Shown: positions 28,564-37,348 of the stretch, in pieces
Numbering within the stretch: position 1 is the stretch's first letter
Layout: the number at the start of each line of letters is the position of its first letter
Assembly: GCA_963775425.1 (NCBI GenBank)
Contig: CAVZJB010000011.1
Location: 64,001 to 128,000, forward strand
Direction: 5' to 3'
Length of the DNA stretch: 64,000 nt
From: an uncultured delta proteobacterium
Lineage (GTDB): Bacteria; Myxococcota; UBA727; VGSZ01
Made by a program: the position numbers and the translations under genes
The notes under the pieces: model-generated
The model's input: the letters and a program-made list of their open reading frames with translations, nothing else
The model's database searches: none
Told to the model about the DNA's origin: nothing

Positions 28564-29139
28564 ATGGTCCATCAACCGCAGATCACCTTCCGGAACATGG
28601 AACCGAGCCCCGCCATCGAGGCGGACGTGCTGCGTCGCATCACCTGGCTCGAGCGCTTCTACCCGAAGATCATGGGTTGTCGCGTGGTCGTCGAGGCGCC
28701 GCACCGGCACCGAAGGCAAGGGAAGCTCTACCGGGTGAGCGTCGACCTCACCGTCCCCGGCGCCGAGCTTGTCGTCGGGAGAAACCCGCCGGAGCACCAG
28801 GCGCACGCCGACGCCTACGTCGCCATCCGCGACGCCTTCCGCAGCGCGCGCCGCGCGCTCCTCGATCACCTGCGGCTCGTGCGTGGCGAGGTGAAGTTCC
28901 ATGAGCCGACGCCGGTGGGACGCGTGGCCCGCCTCTTCGCCGAGCCCGGCGGCCGCTACGGCTTCCTCGAGAGCGACGACGGCCGCGACGTCTACTTCCA
29001 CGAAAACGCCGTGCTCGATGGGTGGGAAGGCGTGAACGTCGGCGACCGCGTGCGTTACGTCGAGGAGCCGGGAGATGAGGGCCCCCAGGCGAGCACGGTC
29101 GAGGTCGTCGAGGGTGCCGGTCGCAGCTCTGCGGCCTGA
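28564..29139 (+). CDS. HPF/RaiA ribosome-associated protein fused to a cold-shock domain
   Basis: QITFRNMEPSPAIE...CRVVVE...DAYVAIRDAF, then the CSD motif YGFLESDDGRDVYFHENAV. RBS AGGAG. Confidence 0.9.
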   Translation: MVHQPQITFRNMEPSPAIEADVLRRITWLERFYPKIMGCRVVVEAPHRHRRQGKLYRVSVDLTVPGAELVVGRNPPEHQAHADAYVAIRDAFRSARRALLDHLRLVRGEVKFHEPTPVGRVARLFAEPGGRYGFLESDDGRDVYFHENAVLDGWEGVNVGDRVRYVEEPGDEGPQASTVEVVEGAGRSSAA

Positions 29140-29517
29140 CAGGGCAGCGGCCCGCCGTGTTCCCCCCGCCGGAGCGCGGAGCGCGTCGTGCGGGTCGAGG
29201 CGATCGCCTGCGCCGACGCCTGCGTCGACGCAGGCGTGACGCCGCATCGTGGGCGGGGCGCGCCGCTCGCGTGTCGTCCACGTCGTTATCCACGTTCACC
29301 TGTCGCATCACGTGCGCCCGTCGGCGTGCGCGGCGCGCCCGGCACCGCCGGCATGCGCGGCGCGAGCGTCGACCTCCTCGAGGCGCCCCGGGCGACGTTG
29401 GTCGCGATCGCGCAGCGTGCGGCTTGGCGCCGATACGGGTGCGCACGACGACACGCGTCCACTCGGCCCGTCGCACGCGCATCGCGGCTGGTCGCGCGTT
29501 CATCACGCGCACGCTTG

Positions 29518-29533
29518 GGGCACAAGCGATGCA
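29518..29533 (+). promoter_or_regulatory. Candidate sigma54 element upstream of the tandem OMP genes
   Basis: GGGCACAAGCGATGCA (GG-N10-GC), about 50 nt before the ATG. Confidence 0.35.
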
Positions 29534-29581
29534 CAACCCACCGGGAAATCACCACGCGCCACGGCGCGACAGGAGACAGTG

Positions 29582-30235
29582 ATGAAACGAACCATGATCA
29601 TGGCGGCGATTTGCGCCTCGAGTGTCCTGGCACTTGCCGCCCCTGCATGGGCGCAGGACGCAGGAAACGACAAGAGCCAGTCCTCGTCGGCGACCGACTA
29701 CGGCGTCTACGGCACCGTCGGCGGCGGCCTCAACGGCTTCACCGAGTCAACCGTCGCCGCCGACACGAACCTCGGCGGGTATTGGGACGCGCGACTCGGC
29801 GTTGGAATGCGCTCGATCTTCGGCGCCGAGGTCGGCTACCTCGGCGGCAGCCGCAACGTCACAGCGCTCGGCCTCAACAACAGCGCGTTCCTCTACAACA
29901 ACGGTCTGCAGGGGCTCGTGCGCCTGAACGCGCCGATCACGGCGGCGCAGAACAACTTCCTCATCGAGCCGTACGCCTTCGGCGGCCTCGGCTGGCAGCA
30001 CTACGCGCTCGGAAACGCAACGACGAACACCTCCGACGTGCGCAACAACGACGACGTCATGACGGTGCCGATGGGCGTCGGGATCGGCATGGGCTACAGC
30101 AACTTCACCCTCGACCTGCGCGGCACGTACCACCAGGCGCTGTTCTCCAACATGTTCGGCAACACGAACAGCGGCTTCGACTCGGCCTCCCTGAACAGTT
30201 GGGGCGCCGGGCTCTCACTCGGGTTCATGTTCTGA
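29582..30235 (+). CDS. Small outer-membrane beta-barrel protein (OmpA-TM-like), copy 1
   Basis: Signal peptide, amphipathic strands and C-terminal LSLGFMF. RBS AGGAG. Confidence 0.85.
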   Translation: MKRTMIMAAICASSVLALAAPAWAQDAGNDKSQSSSATDYGVYGTVGGGLNGFTESTVAADTNLGGYWDARLGVGMRSIFGAEVGYLGGSRNVTALGLNNSAFLYNNGLQGLVRLNAPITAAQNNFLIEPYAFGGLGWQHYALGNATTNTSDVRNNDDVMTVPMGVGIGMGYSNFTLDLRGTYHQALFSNMFGNTNSGFDSASLNSWGAGLSLGFMF

Positions 30236-30263
30236 CCCGGCTTCGTGCCGACAGGAGGATGCG

Positions 30264-30932
30264 ATGAAGCGAACCATGATGATGGCGTCGCTGTGCGCGA
30301 GCGCGTTGGTGCTGGCTGTGCCGGCGCTCGCGCAGGAGCAGAGCAAGGACGAGGCGTCGCAGGGACAGATACAGAGCTTCATGTCGGACTACGGCATCTA
30401 CGCCTCGGTGGGCGGCGGCCTCAACGGCTTCACCCAGCCCACCGTGGCCGCGGACACGAACCTGGGCGGCTACTGGGACGCGCGCCTCGGCATCGGCGTG
30501 AAGTCGTTTATGGGAGCCGAGCTCGGCTACATCGGTGGCACGCGCAACGTGACTGCCCTCGGGCTCAACAACAGCGCGTTCCTGTACAACAACGGCCTCG
30601 AGGGCCTCGTGCGGCTGAACGCGCCGCTGCAGGCGGCGAAGGCGCCCGAGAACCTCAGCGTCGAGCCGTACGCGTTCGGCGGTCTCGGATGGCAGCACTT
30701 CGCCCTCGGCGGCGTCACGTCCAACACCTCCGACGTGCGGAGCAGCGACGACATCATGACGGTCCCGCTCGGCGTCGGCGTCGGCTTCAACTACGGCAAC
30801 GCCACCATCGACGTGCGGGGCACCTACCACCAGGCGCTGTTCTCCGACATGTTCGGAAACACGGGCAGTGGCTTCGACCCGGAGTCGCTGAACAACTGGG
30901 GCGCCGGGCTGTCGCTCGGCTTCGTGTTCTGA
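30264..30932 (+). CDS. Small outer-membrane beta-barrel protein, copy 2 (tandem paralog)
   Basis: Shares long identical blocks with the previous ORF (VAADTNLGGYWDARLG, RNVTALGLNNSAFLYNNGL). Ends LSLGFVF. Confidence 0.85.
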   Translation: MKRTMMMASLCASALVLAVPALAQEQSKDEASQGQIQSFMSDYGIYASVGGGLNGFTQPTVAADTNLGGYWDARLGIGVKSFMGAELGYIGGTRNVTALGLNNSAFLYNNGLEGLVRLNAPLQAAKAPENLSVEPYAFGGLGWQHFALGGVTSNTSDVRSSDDIMTVPLGVGVGFNYGNATIDVRGTYHQALFSDMFGNTGSGFDPESLNNWGAGLSLGFVF

Positions 30933-30978
30933 AGGCGCCGATCCCCGAAGGCGCCGGGACGCTCGGCGAAGTCGCCCC

Positions 30979-31023
30979 GGTCCTCCTCGCTGTCCCGCGC
31001 CCGCGGGGCGGAAGAGGAGGACC
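30979..31023. terminator. GC-rich stem-loop downstream of the OMP pair
   Basis: GGTCCTCCTC...GAGGAGGACC inverted repeat with an inner CCCGCG/CGCGGG stem. No U-tract. Confidence 0.4.
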
Positions 31024-31084
31024 TGGACGCTCGACGTACAGCTCGCCTTCGCGCATTCGTGGCCGCCTGGGCTACGGTGCGCGC

Positions 31085-31855
31085 ATGGTCACGGTCCCTG
31101 CGCCCGTCGGTGCCGGCCGCGACACGGCGAAGCGCAAGGCCGCGCGCGCCGCGCTCGCGGCGGTGCTCTGGACCGACGACGGCGCGCGTCGCTTGCCGCG
31201 CGAAGCGGAGCTCGTGCGCGCGCTCGAGGCATGCGATCCGCGCGACGTGTGGTGGGTGTGCGAAGCGAGCAGCGCGGGCCCCGTGTACCTGTTGCCGACC
31301 CGCGAGTGGATCGGGGCGCTCGCGCGCTTCGTCGGTCGCCGCGGCGTCAAGCGCGTGCTCGAGGTGGCCGCGGGTGACGGGTTTTTGTCGGCCTGCCTGG
31401 CGCGAGCGCGCCCCAAGCTCCACGTCGTCGCGAGCGACGACGGCTCGTGGTCGCGCGCCGAGGGGCGCATGAGCCGCGCCGACCGGCGGCGGTACCGCGG
31501 CGTGTCGCTCTCCGGCATCCACGCCGGCGTCGACGTCCTGCGCCTCGGCGCCGTCGCGGCAGTGAAGCGCGCGGCGGCCGACCTCGTGATCGTGAGCTGG
31601 GCGCCGCCGGGGACCGTCGTCGAGCGCGTGATCCGCGCGCCGTCGCGGCTGGTGCTCGACATCGGCGTCGACGGCGACGTCACCGGCAACGGCACGCGCA
31701 CCTGGCGCTTCGCCAAGGAATTCCTCGAGGGGCCGCTGGCGGACCGGGCGCTGTGCCGGCTGGACGCGCGACCGTCGAAGTCGCGGGCGACGCGCGTGAC
31801 CCTCTACTACGGCCGCGCCTCGGGCCACTACGCCGTCGAGCGCGGCGTCTGGTGA
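31085..31855 (+). CDS. Putative SAM-dependent methyltransferase
   Basis: Motif I RVLEVAAGDG and DLVIVSWAPP. Confidence 0.65.
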   Translation: MVTVPAPVGAGRDTAKRKAARAALAAVLWTDDGARRLPREAELVRALEACDPRDVWWVCEASSAGPVYLLPTREWIGALARFVGRRGVKRVLEVAAGDGFLSACLARARPKLHVVASDDGSWSRAEGRMSRADRRRYRGVSLSGIHAGVDVLRLGAVAAVKRAAADLVIVSWAPPGTVVERVIRAPSRLVLDIGVDGDVTGNGTRTWRFAKEFLEGPLADRALCRLDARPSKSRATRVTLYYGRASGHYAVERGVW

Positions 31856-31940
31856 GGCCTGCGGCGCTGCGCGCCGACCGGACGAGGGGAGTTGTCATCG
31901 CGCCGCGGATTCGCGAAAGCGCGCGCACAAGGAGAATTCC

Positions 31941-33638
31941 ATGCGCGCAAGCTCCGTCCCTTCTCTCGCCGGCCTCGCCGCCGCCGTCCTCCTCTCCGCC
32001 AGCGCCGCGCGCGCCGCCAAGCCGCAGCCGCCGCTGCCGAACCAGAAGGAGCTCGACGGGCTGATGGCGCAGTACGCGCCCGTCGACCTCGGCGTCGATC
32101 TCGGCAAGCTCAGCGACGCGGACAAGAAGGTCCTGAAGAAGCTCGTCGAGGCGTCGCGGGTGATGGACACCATCTTCCTCGGCCAGGTGTGGAGCGGGAA
32201 CCCGGCCATGAAGGCGCAGCTCGAGAAGGACCACAGCCCGCTCGGCAAGGCGCGCCTCGCGTTCTTCATCCAGAACGCGGGCCCGTGGGATCGCCTCGAC
32301 GCCAACAAGGTCTTCCTCCCGGGCGCGCCCGCGCAGAAACCACCGCAGGCCGGCTTCTACCCCGATGACGCCAAGAAGGACGACGTCGCAAAGTGGATGG
32401 CGTCTCTGCCCAAGGCGGAGCAGGAAAAGGCCAAGGGCTTCTTCTCCGTCGTCGAGCGCGACAAGAAGGGCTTCAAGCTGGTGCCGTACTCCAAGGCGTA
32501 CGCTGCCGAGCTCAAGAAGGCCGCCAAGCTCCTCGAGGAGGCCGCCGCGCTCGCCACCGAGCCGTCGCTCAAGTCGTTCCTCGAGCTGCGCGCCAAGGCG
32601 TTCCTCAACGACGACTACTACGACTCCGACGTCGCGTGGATGAAGCTCGACTCCAAGGTCGACCCGACCATCGGGCCCTACGAGGTCTACGAGGACGAGT
32701 GGTTCAACTACAAGGCGGCCTTCGAGTCCTTCATCTGCGTCCGCAATGACGAAGAGACCAAGAAGCTCGCGCGCTTCTCCAAGCAGCTCCAGGACATCGA
32801 GGATCATCTCCCCGAGGACCCCAAATTCCGCAGCAAGAAGCTCGGCGGCCTCGCCCCCATCCGCGTGGTCGACGTGGTGTTCGACGCCGGCGACGGCAAC
32901 CGCGGCATCCAGACCGCCGCCTACAACCTCCCCAACGACGACCACGTCACCGCGAAGATGGGCAGCAAGCGCGTGATGCTGAAGAACATGCAGGAGCAGA
33001 AGTTCCACGCCGTGCTCGTGCCCATCTCCAAGGTGGCGCTGTCAGCGGCGGACCAGAAGAAGGTCTCGTTCGACTCGTTCTTCACGCACATCCTCATGCA
33101 CGAGCTCATGCACGGCCTCGGGCCGCACGAGATCGTCAAGGGTGGCAAGAAGACCACGCCGCGGGAGCAGCTCACCGACGCCTACTCGGCGATCGAGGAG
33201 GCCAAGGCCGACGTCACCGGGCTGTGGGCGATGCAGTACCTCGTCGACAAGGGCGTCCTCGACAAGAGCTTCGAGAAGTCGATGTACCAGACGTACCTGG
33301 CGTCCACCTTCCGGGCCATTCGCTTCGGTCTCTCCGAGGCCCACGGCAAGGGCATCGCCATCCAGCTCAACACCTACCTCGACAAGGGCGGCTACGTCGT
33401 CGGCAAGGACGGGCGCTTCTCGGTGAACGAAAAGAAGATCAAGGCCGCCGTCGCCGGCCTCGCGCATGAGCTCCTGACCATCGAAGCCAACGGCGACGCC
33501 GCCGGCGCCCGCAAGCTCATCCAGACGCGCGCGGTGGTGCGCCCCGCGGTGCAGAAGATCATCAACGAGCTCAAGGGCGTCCCCGTCGACGTCGACCCGC
33601 ACTTCGTCACCGCGGCCAAGCTGGAGGCGATGCCGTAG
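31941..33638 (+). CDS. Secreted peptidase family M49 (dipeptidyl peptidase III-like)
   Basis: Signal peptide, IGPYEVYED, AYNLPND, HELMH and EEAKAD. Confidence 0.85.
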   Translation: MRASSVPSLAGLAAAVLLSASAARAAKPQPPLPNQKELDGLMAQYAPVDLGVDLGKLSDADKKVLKKLVEASRVMDTIFLGQVWSGNPAMKAQLEKDHSPLGKARLAFFIQNAGPWDRLDANKVFLPGAPAQKPPQAGFYPDDAKKDDVAKWMASLPKAEQEKAKGFFSVVERDKKGFKLVPYSKAYAAELKKAAKLLEEAAALATEPSLKSFLELRAKAFLNDDYYDSDVAWMKLDSKVDPTIGPYEVYEDEWFNYKAAFESFICVRNDEETKKLARFSKQLQDIEDHLPEDPKFRSKKLGGLAPIRVVDVVFDAGDGNRGIQTAAYNLPNDDHVTAKMGSKRVMLKNMQEQKFHAVLVPISKVALSAADQKKVSFDSFFTHILMHELMHGLGPHEIVKGGKKTTPREQLTDAYSAIEEAKADVTGLWAMQYLVDKGVLDKSFEKSMYQTYLASTFRAIRFGLSEAHGKGIAIQLNTYLDKGGYVVGKDGRFSVNEKKIKAAVAGLAHELLTIEANGDAAGARKLIQTRAVVRPAVQKIINELKGVPVDVDPHFVTAAKLEAMP

Positions 33639-33678
33639 GTCACGCTTCGCCGGGCGGCCGGCGTGCTAGGCCGGCGCG

Positions 33679-35463
33679 ATGTCGACGTCACGCGTAGTCC
33701 CGCTCGCCTTTCCCTGGCCCCTCGGCCTCGCGCTGGCCGGGCTCGGCGTGTGGTTCCTGCACGCCGGCCCGGCGCAGGCCGCGGACCTGTTTCGCGAGGG
33801 CGGCCTCGTCGCGCTCGCGCTGGTGCCGGTGACGCTGCTGGCGGCGTCGACGGCGTCGGCCTTGTGCGGCGTGGGTGCGCCGCGGGCGACGGCGGTGGCG
33901 GCGGGGCTGTTGCCGTGGCTGGTGGGCTCGCTCGGCGCCATGTGGGAGATGCACAAGGTCACCGAAGCCGTCGCCGCGGTGAGCGGGCTCGATCGAGGCA
34001 CCATGCTCGCGGCCGGCGTCGCCGAGGTGTTGGTGAACCGCGAGCTGGGCGCGCTGTTGTCCGCCGGGGCGCTGCTCGGCGTGGCCATCGCCTTCGCGGT
34101 GCGCGTGGGCAAGGACGGGTTTGCTTCGCTCGCCGCGGCGGGCGTGGCGTTCGCCGGCTTCGGTCTCGCGCTCGGCGCGGTGCTCGAGGCTGACACCACG
34201 ACACAGCTCCTGCGCGCGGCGTTCATGGTCGCGCCCGCAGAGCGCCCGCTCCTCGTCGCTGCCGGCGCCGCGCGCTTTGCGTTCGTGCTGCCGGTCACCG
34301 CGGTGCTGGCGGGGACGGGGGCGGCGGTGGCGCTCGTGGCGGGCGCGATCGGACGTCGCGAGATCGCCGGCGCCGTCGTCGCGGGGCTCCTTTTGCCCAT
34401 CGCGCCCGTCGTCGATGGCGCGTTGATGAAGGCACCCACGGCGCTCGCCGCGCGGTCCCTGCGTCCACCATGGGCGGAGGCGCCCGGCTTTCAGCCCGTC
34501 CCCGTCGACGGCGCACCCGAAGGAGACGTCGCGGTGCTCGTCACGGACAAGGACGTCCTCGTGAACGGCAAACCCGCCGGCCCGGCGCTCGGGGACGCGC
34601 TGCGCACGCTCGCCGAAGAGGCGCGAGACAATCGCGTCGCCGTAGCCGTCGACGCGCGCACGCGGCCGGCCGCGCTCGCGGCGTTCGTGGACGGCGCCAC
34701 GGCGGTGGGCATCGAGACGTTGGATTTCACCGGAACGCCGAGCAAGCCGTCGTCATTCGCCGAGCTCGCGCGCACGCCCGGCGTGCCGCCGCTCGTCGTC
34801 ACGCTCATGTCGCCCGTGCCGGAGTCGTCGGTGCCAGCGCGGCTCGGCTGCGGCGACGCACCCGCTGCGTCCGGCGTCGCGTGTCGCGCGCTCGCGCCCG
34901 ACGAGACGCCCGCCACGCTCTACACGGCGCTGGCGAAGGCCAAGCACGACGGCGTCGTGATCGCGCTCGGGACCCCGCCCGCCCCCGACGACCAGGCGCT
35001 CGCCTCCGCCGGGGAAGGCGGCATCGCTTCGCTGCTGGGCACCGCGGGCGGCATCGGCGGCGTCATCGGCGGGGACGTCGGCGGCGTCGTCGGCGCGCGC
35101 GGCAAGGGCGTGTCATGGGGGACGCTGGGCGGTCGCAGGCCCGGGCTCGCGCGGGGCGCGCCGCTCGTCACCGGCGCCCTCGACAAGGAGATCATCAAGC
35201 GCGTGGTGAGGCGGCACGTGAACGAGATGCGCTACTGCTACGAGCGCGCGCTCGCGAAGAACCCGTCGCTGACAGGCAAGGTGCAGGTGACGTGGACCAT
35301 CGCTGTCGACGGCAGCGTCTCCGACGCCGTGATCAAGAGCGACGACATGCACGACGCCGCGGTGGCGAGCTGCCTGGTGGCGCGCGTGAAGCGGTGGACC
35401 TTTCCGAAGCCGAAGGGCGGCGTCGTCGTCGTCACCTACCCGTTCGTGTTCAAGAGCGAATGA
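33679..35463 (+). CDS. Multi-TM protein with ExbB-like and ExbD-like segments and a TonB/AgmX C-terminal domain
   Basis: C-terminal 'LDKEIIKRVVRRH...CYERAL...GKVQVTWTI..DGSV...VASCL...WTFPKP.GG.V.VTYPF'. The N-terminal part has 7-8 hydrophobic helices. Confidence 0.8.
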   Translation: MSTSRVVPLAFPWPLGLALAGLGVWFLHAGPAQAADLFREGGLVALALVPVTLLAASTASALCGVGAPRATAVAAGLLPWLVGSLGAMWEMHKVTEAVAAVSGLDRGTMLAAGVAEVLVNRELGALLSAGALLGVAIAFAVRVGKDGFASLAAAGVAFAGFGLALGAVLEADTTTQLLRAAFMVAPAERPLLVAAGAARFAFVLPVTAVLAGTGAAVALVAGAIGRREIAGAVVAGLLLPIAPVVDGALMKAPTALAARSLRPPWAEAPGFQPVPVDGAPEGDVAVLVTDKDVLVNGKPAGPALGDALRTLAEEARDNRVAVAVDARTRPAALAAFVDGATAVGIETLDFTGTPSKPSSFAELARTPGVPPLVVTLMSPVPESSVPARLGCGDAPAASGVACRALAPDETPATLYTALAKAKHDGVVIALGTPPAPDDQALASAGEGGIASLLGTAGGIGGVIGGDVGGVVGARGKGVSWGTLGGRRPGLARGAPLVTGALDKEIIKRVVRRHVNEMRYCYERALAKNPSLTGKVQVTWTIAVDGSVSDAVIKSDDMHDAAVASCLVARVKRWTFPKPKGGVVVVTYPFVFKSE

Positions 35464-35535
35464 GACGTACGCGGCGTGGCTGACGAGGTCGTCAGCCACA
35501 CCGCGCCGTGTTGAGTCGCCGGTGTGCTCAGGCCG

Positions 35536-36681
35536 TCAACGCCACCGCCCATGAGACGGGTGTTGGGTATCCGGACACGGGCTGCCTTCGCCGGGGCGCC
35601 GGCTCCAGGGGGCGTAGGTGACGAGGTCGCTCACGAGCGCGCCTCTCCCGTGCGCCACGCCGCTGGGCCCCGTGGGGCTGCCCCAGTAGTTGCGAGTCCC
35701 GTCCAGCGGGGTCCCGCCGACAAGACCAACCGCGATGCCGTAGACGCTCGAGGCGCTCGAGAAGTTGAAGTTGTTGTCGTTGACCTGCGCCGTGGAGAAC
35801 GAGGTGTTCACGCTCTCGAACCACACCGCGATCTTGTCGGCGCCGGGGCTGGTGAAGTCGCTGAACGAATTTCCGGTGACGACCACCTCGGGGGTGTCCG
35901 CCTCCAGCCCGACGCCGTGCACCCACGCTCCGGACAAGCCGCTGATCCGGTTGTTCCGGATCGTGAGGTAGGCGTTGGCCGTGTTGCCGTTGCCGTTGTT
36001 GATCAGCACGCCGTAGGCGCCCTTGTTGGCGCTCGTCACGCCCGAGATCTCGTTGTCCTCGATGGTCACGGCGATGCTCGGGTCTGTGGACGCGCTGTCC
36101 TCGATGAAGACGCCCTTCGCGGAGCTCGGGCTCGAGACGTTGCTGATCACGTTCTGGGCGATGACCACGCCGTCCGGACCTCTGTAGACGGAGATGGCCT
36201 TGGCGGTTGTGGTGACGCCCGTGATGCCGTCCAGGATGTTGTTCCGGATGACCGCGCCGCTGCCCTTGACGATGATGCCGGAGCCGCTCGAATTGCTCGT
36301 CGGACCGGTGATCGTGAATCCGTCCACGAAGACGTTCGGGGCGTCGATGGTGACCGCGGCGTTGCCGTCGATGATCGACTCGTCCGCGCCCGAGCGCGCA
36401 CGCGCGTCGATCCCTGCCTGGGCGCCGAGCAAGAACACGGAGCGGCCGATCGCGACGTTCTCTGTGTACGTCCCCGCAGCCACCTGAACCGTCTGGCAGC
36501 CGATGTCATCGACCGCGGCTTGGATGGTCGGGTAAGGGCCGCTTGGAACCGAACAGACAGCGGCGGCAGCGCTCCCCGCATTCAGGAGCGCAACCAAGAC
36601 GACGGCCGCAGGACGAGGGCCAGGTCGCCACATCGGGTGCCCTGAGATGCCGGTCCAACACTCTCCGTGACTCATCGACAT
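35536..36681 (-). CDS. Secreted right-handed parallel beta-helix (pectin lyase-like) protein
   Basis: YPTIQAAVD...VAAGTYTENV, repeated I.NN.I coils and NYWG..TGP. RBS AAGGAG. The start is uncertain. Confidence 0.8.
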   Translation of the reverse strand: MSMSHGECWTGISGHPMWRPGPRPAAVVLVALLNAGSAAAAVCSVPSGPYPTIQAAVDDIGCQTVQVAAGTYTENVAIGRSVFLLGAQAGIDARARSGADESIIDGNAAVTIDAPNVFVDGFTITGPTSNSSGSGIIVKGSGAVIRNNILDGITGVTTTAKAISVYRGPDGVVIAQNVISNVSSPSSAKGVFIEDSASTDPSIAVTIEDNEISGVTSANKGAYGVLINNGNGNTANAYLTIRNNRISGLSGAWVHGVGLEADTPEVVVTGNSFSDFTSPGADKIAVWFESVNTSFSTAQVNDNNFNFSSASSVYGIAVGLVGGTPLDGTRNYWGSPTGPSGVAHGRGALVSDLVTYAPWSRRPGEGSPCPDTQHPSHGRWR

Positions 36682-36717
36682 TTCGTACTCCTTTGAACGC
36701 GGTTCAGTCGTCGCGAT

Positions 36718-36733
36718 TGCAGGAACAGATCCA
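36718..36733 (-). promoter_or_regulatory. Candidate sigma54 promoter for the beta-helix gene
   Basis: Minus strand TGGATCTGTTCCTGCA (GG-N10-GC). Confidence 0.45.
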
Positions 36734-37348
36734 GCCGAAGCGGCATCGCCGCCGCTCCCCGCGCGGTGGAGCGCCAACGCTGTAGCTCGCCGCTCCCTCA
36801 CCCGTCGACGACGTCGCTCTATCTGGAATCCTCCCGCGCGCACTGGTCGCAGAGGCGCAAGCGGCGGTGGCCTTGCGCACCCGCTATGCACAAGCGTGAG
36901 GCCTCACGAACACGACCGGAATGCGACGAAATAATGAGGTGCCGTCTCATTGGTCCATTTCTTCAGGGCGTCCACGTGGGGGCCCGAGACGGTGCGCCCG
37001 TCGCCGCAGCACAGAATGCGCAGAACGGCTGCGAGAGCCGGAAGACGGCGACGCGCTCTGTGTATCCCGTCGTGCACGCGACGCGCGCCCGCGAAGCGGC
37101 CCCACGGCTGTCCGTCCTCCGAGCCCGCCGTCATGGCCGGCGCGGCGAGCGGCGCCTGTCGATGCAAGATCGCCGTCAACCATGACGACCGAGCGTGGTT
37201 TCAAAATGATAGAGCGAGTCGCCCAACGTTTCCTTGGCCGTCGATCCTGCTACGAATTGTGTCGGGCCCCGGAAGGAGAACGGAGATGGTTCAAGGAAGT
37301 TGCATTCCGGGTGGCTCGAGCCAGCGCGCTCCACGCGACCGCGCGCCG

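Noticed and set aside
36950-37348. N-terminal extension of the sigma54 activator shown in the ORF track
   Set aside because: Not protein-like. The receiver fold begins at MHEIVVIDDD (37349), so the region is more likely regulatory.
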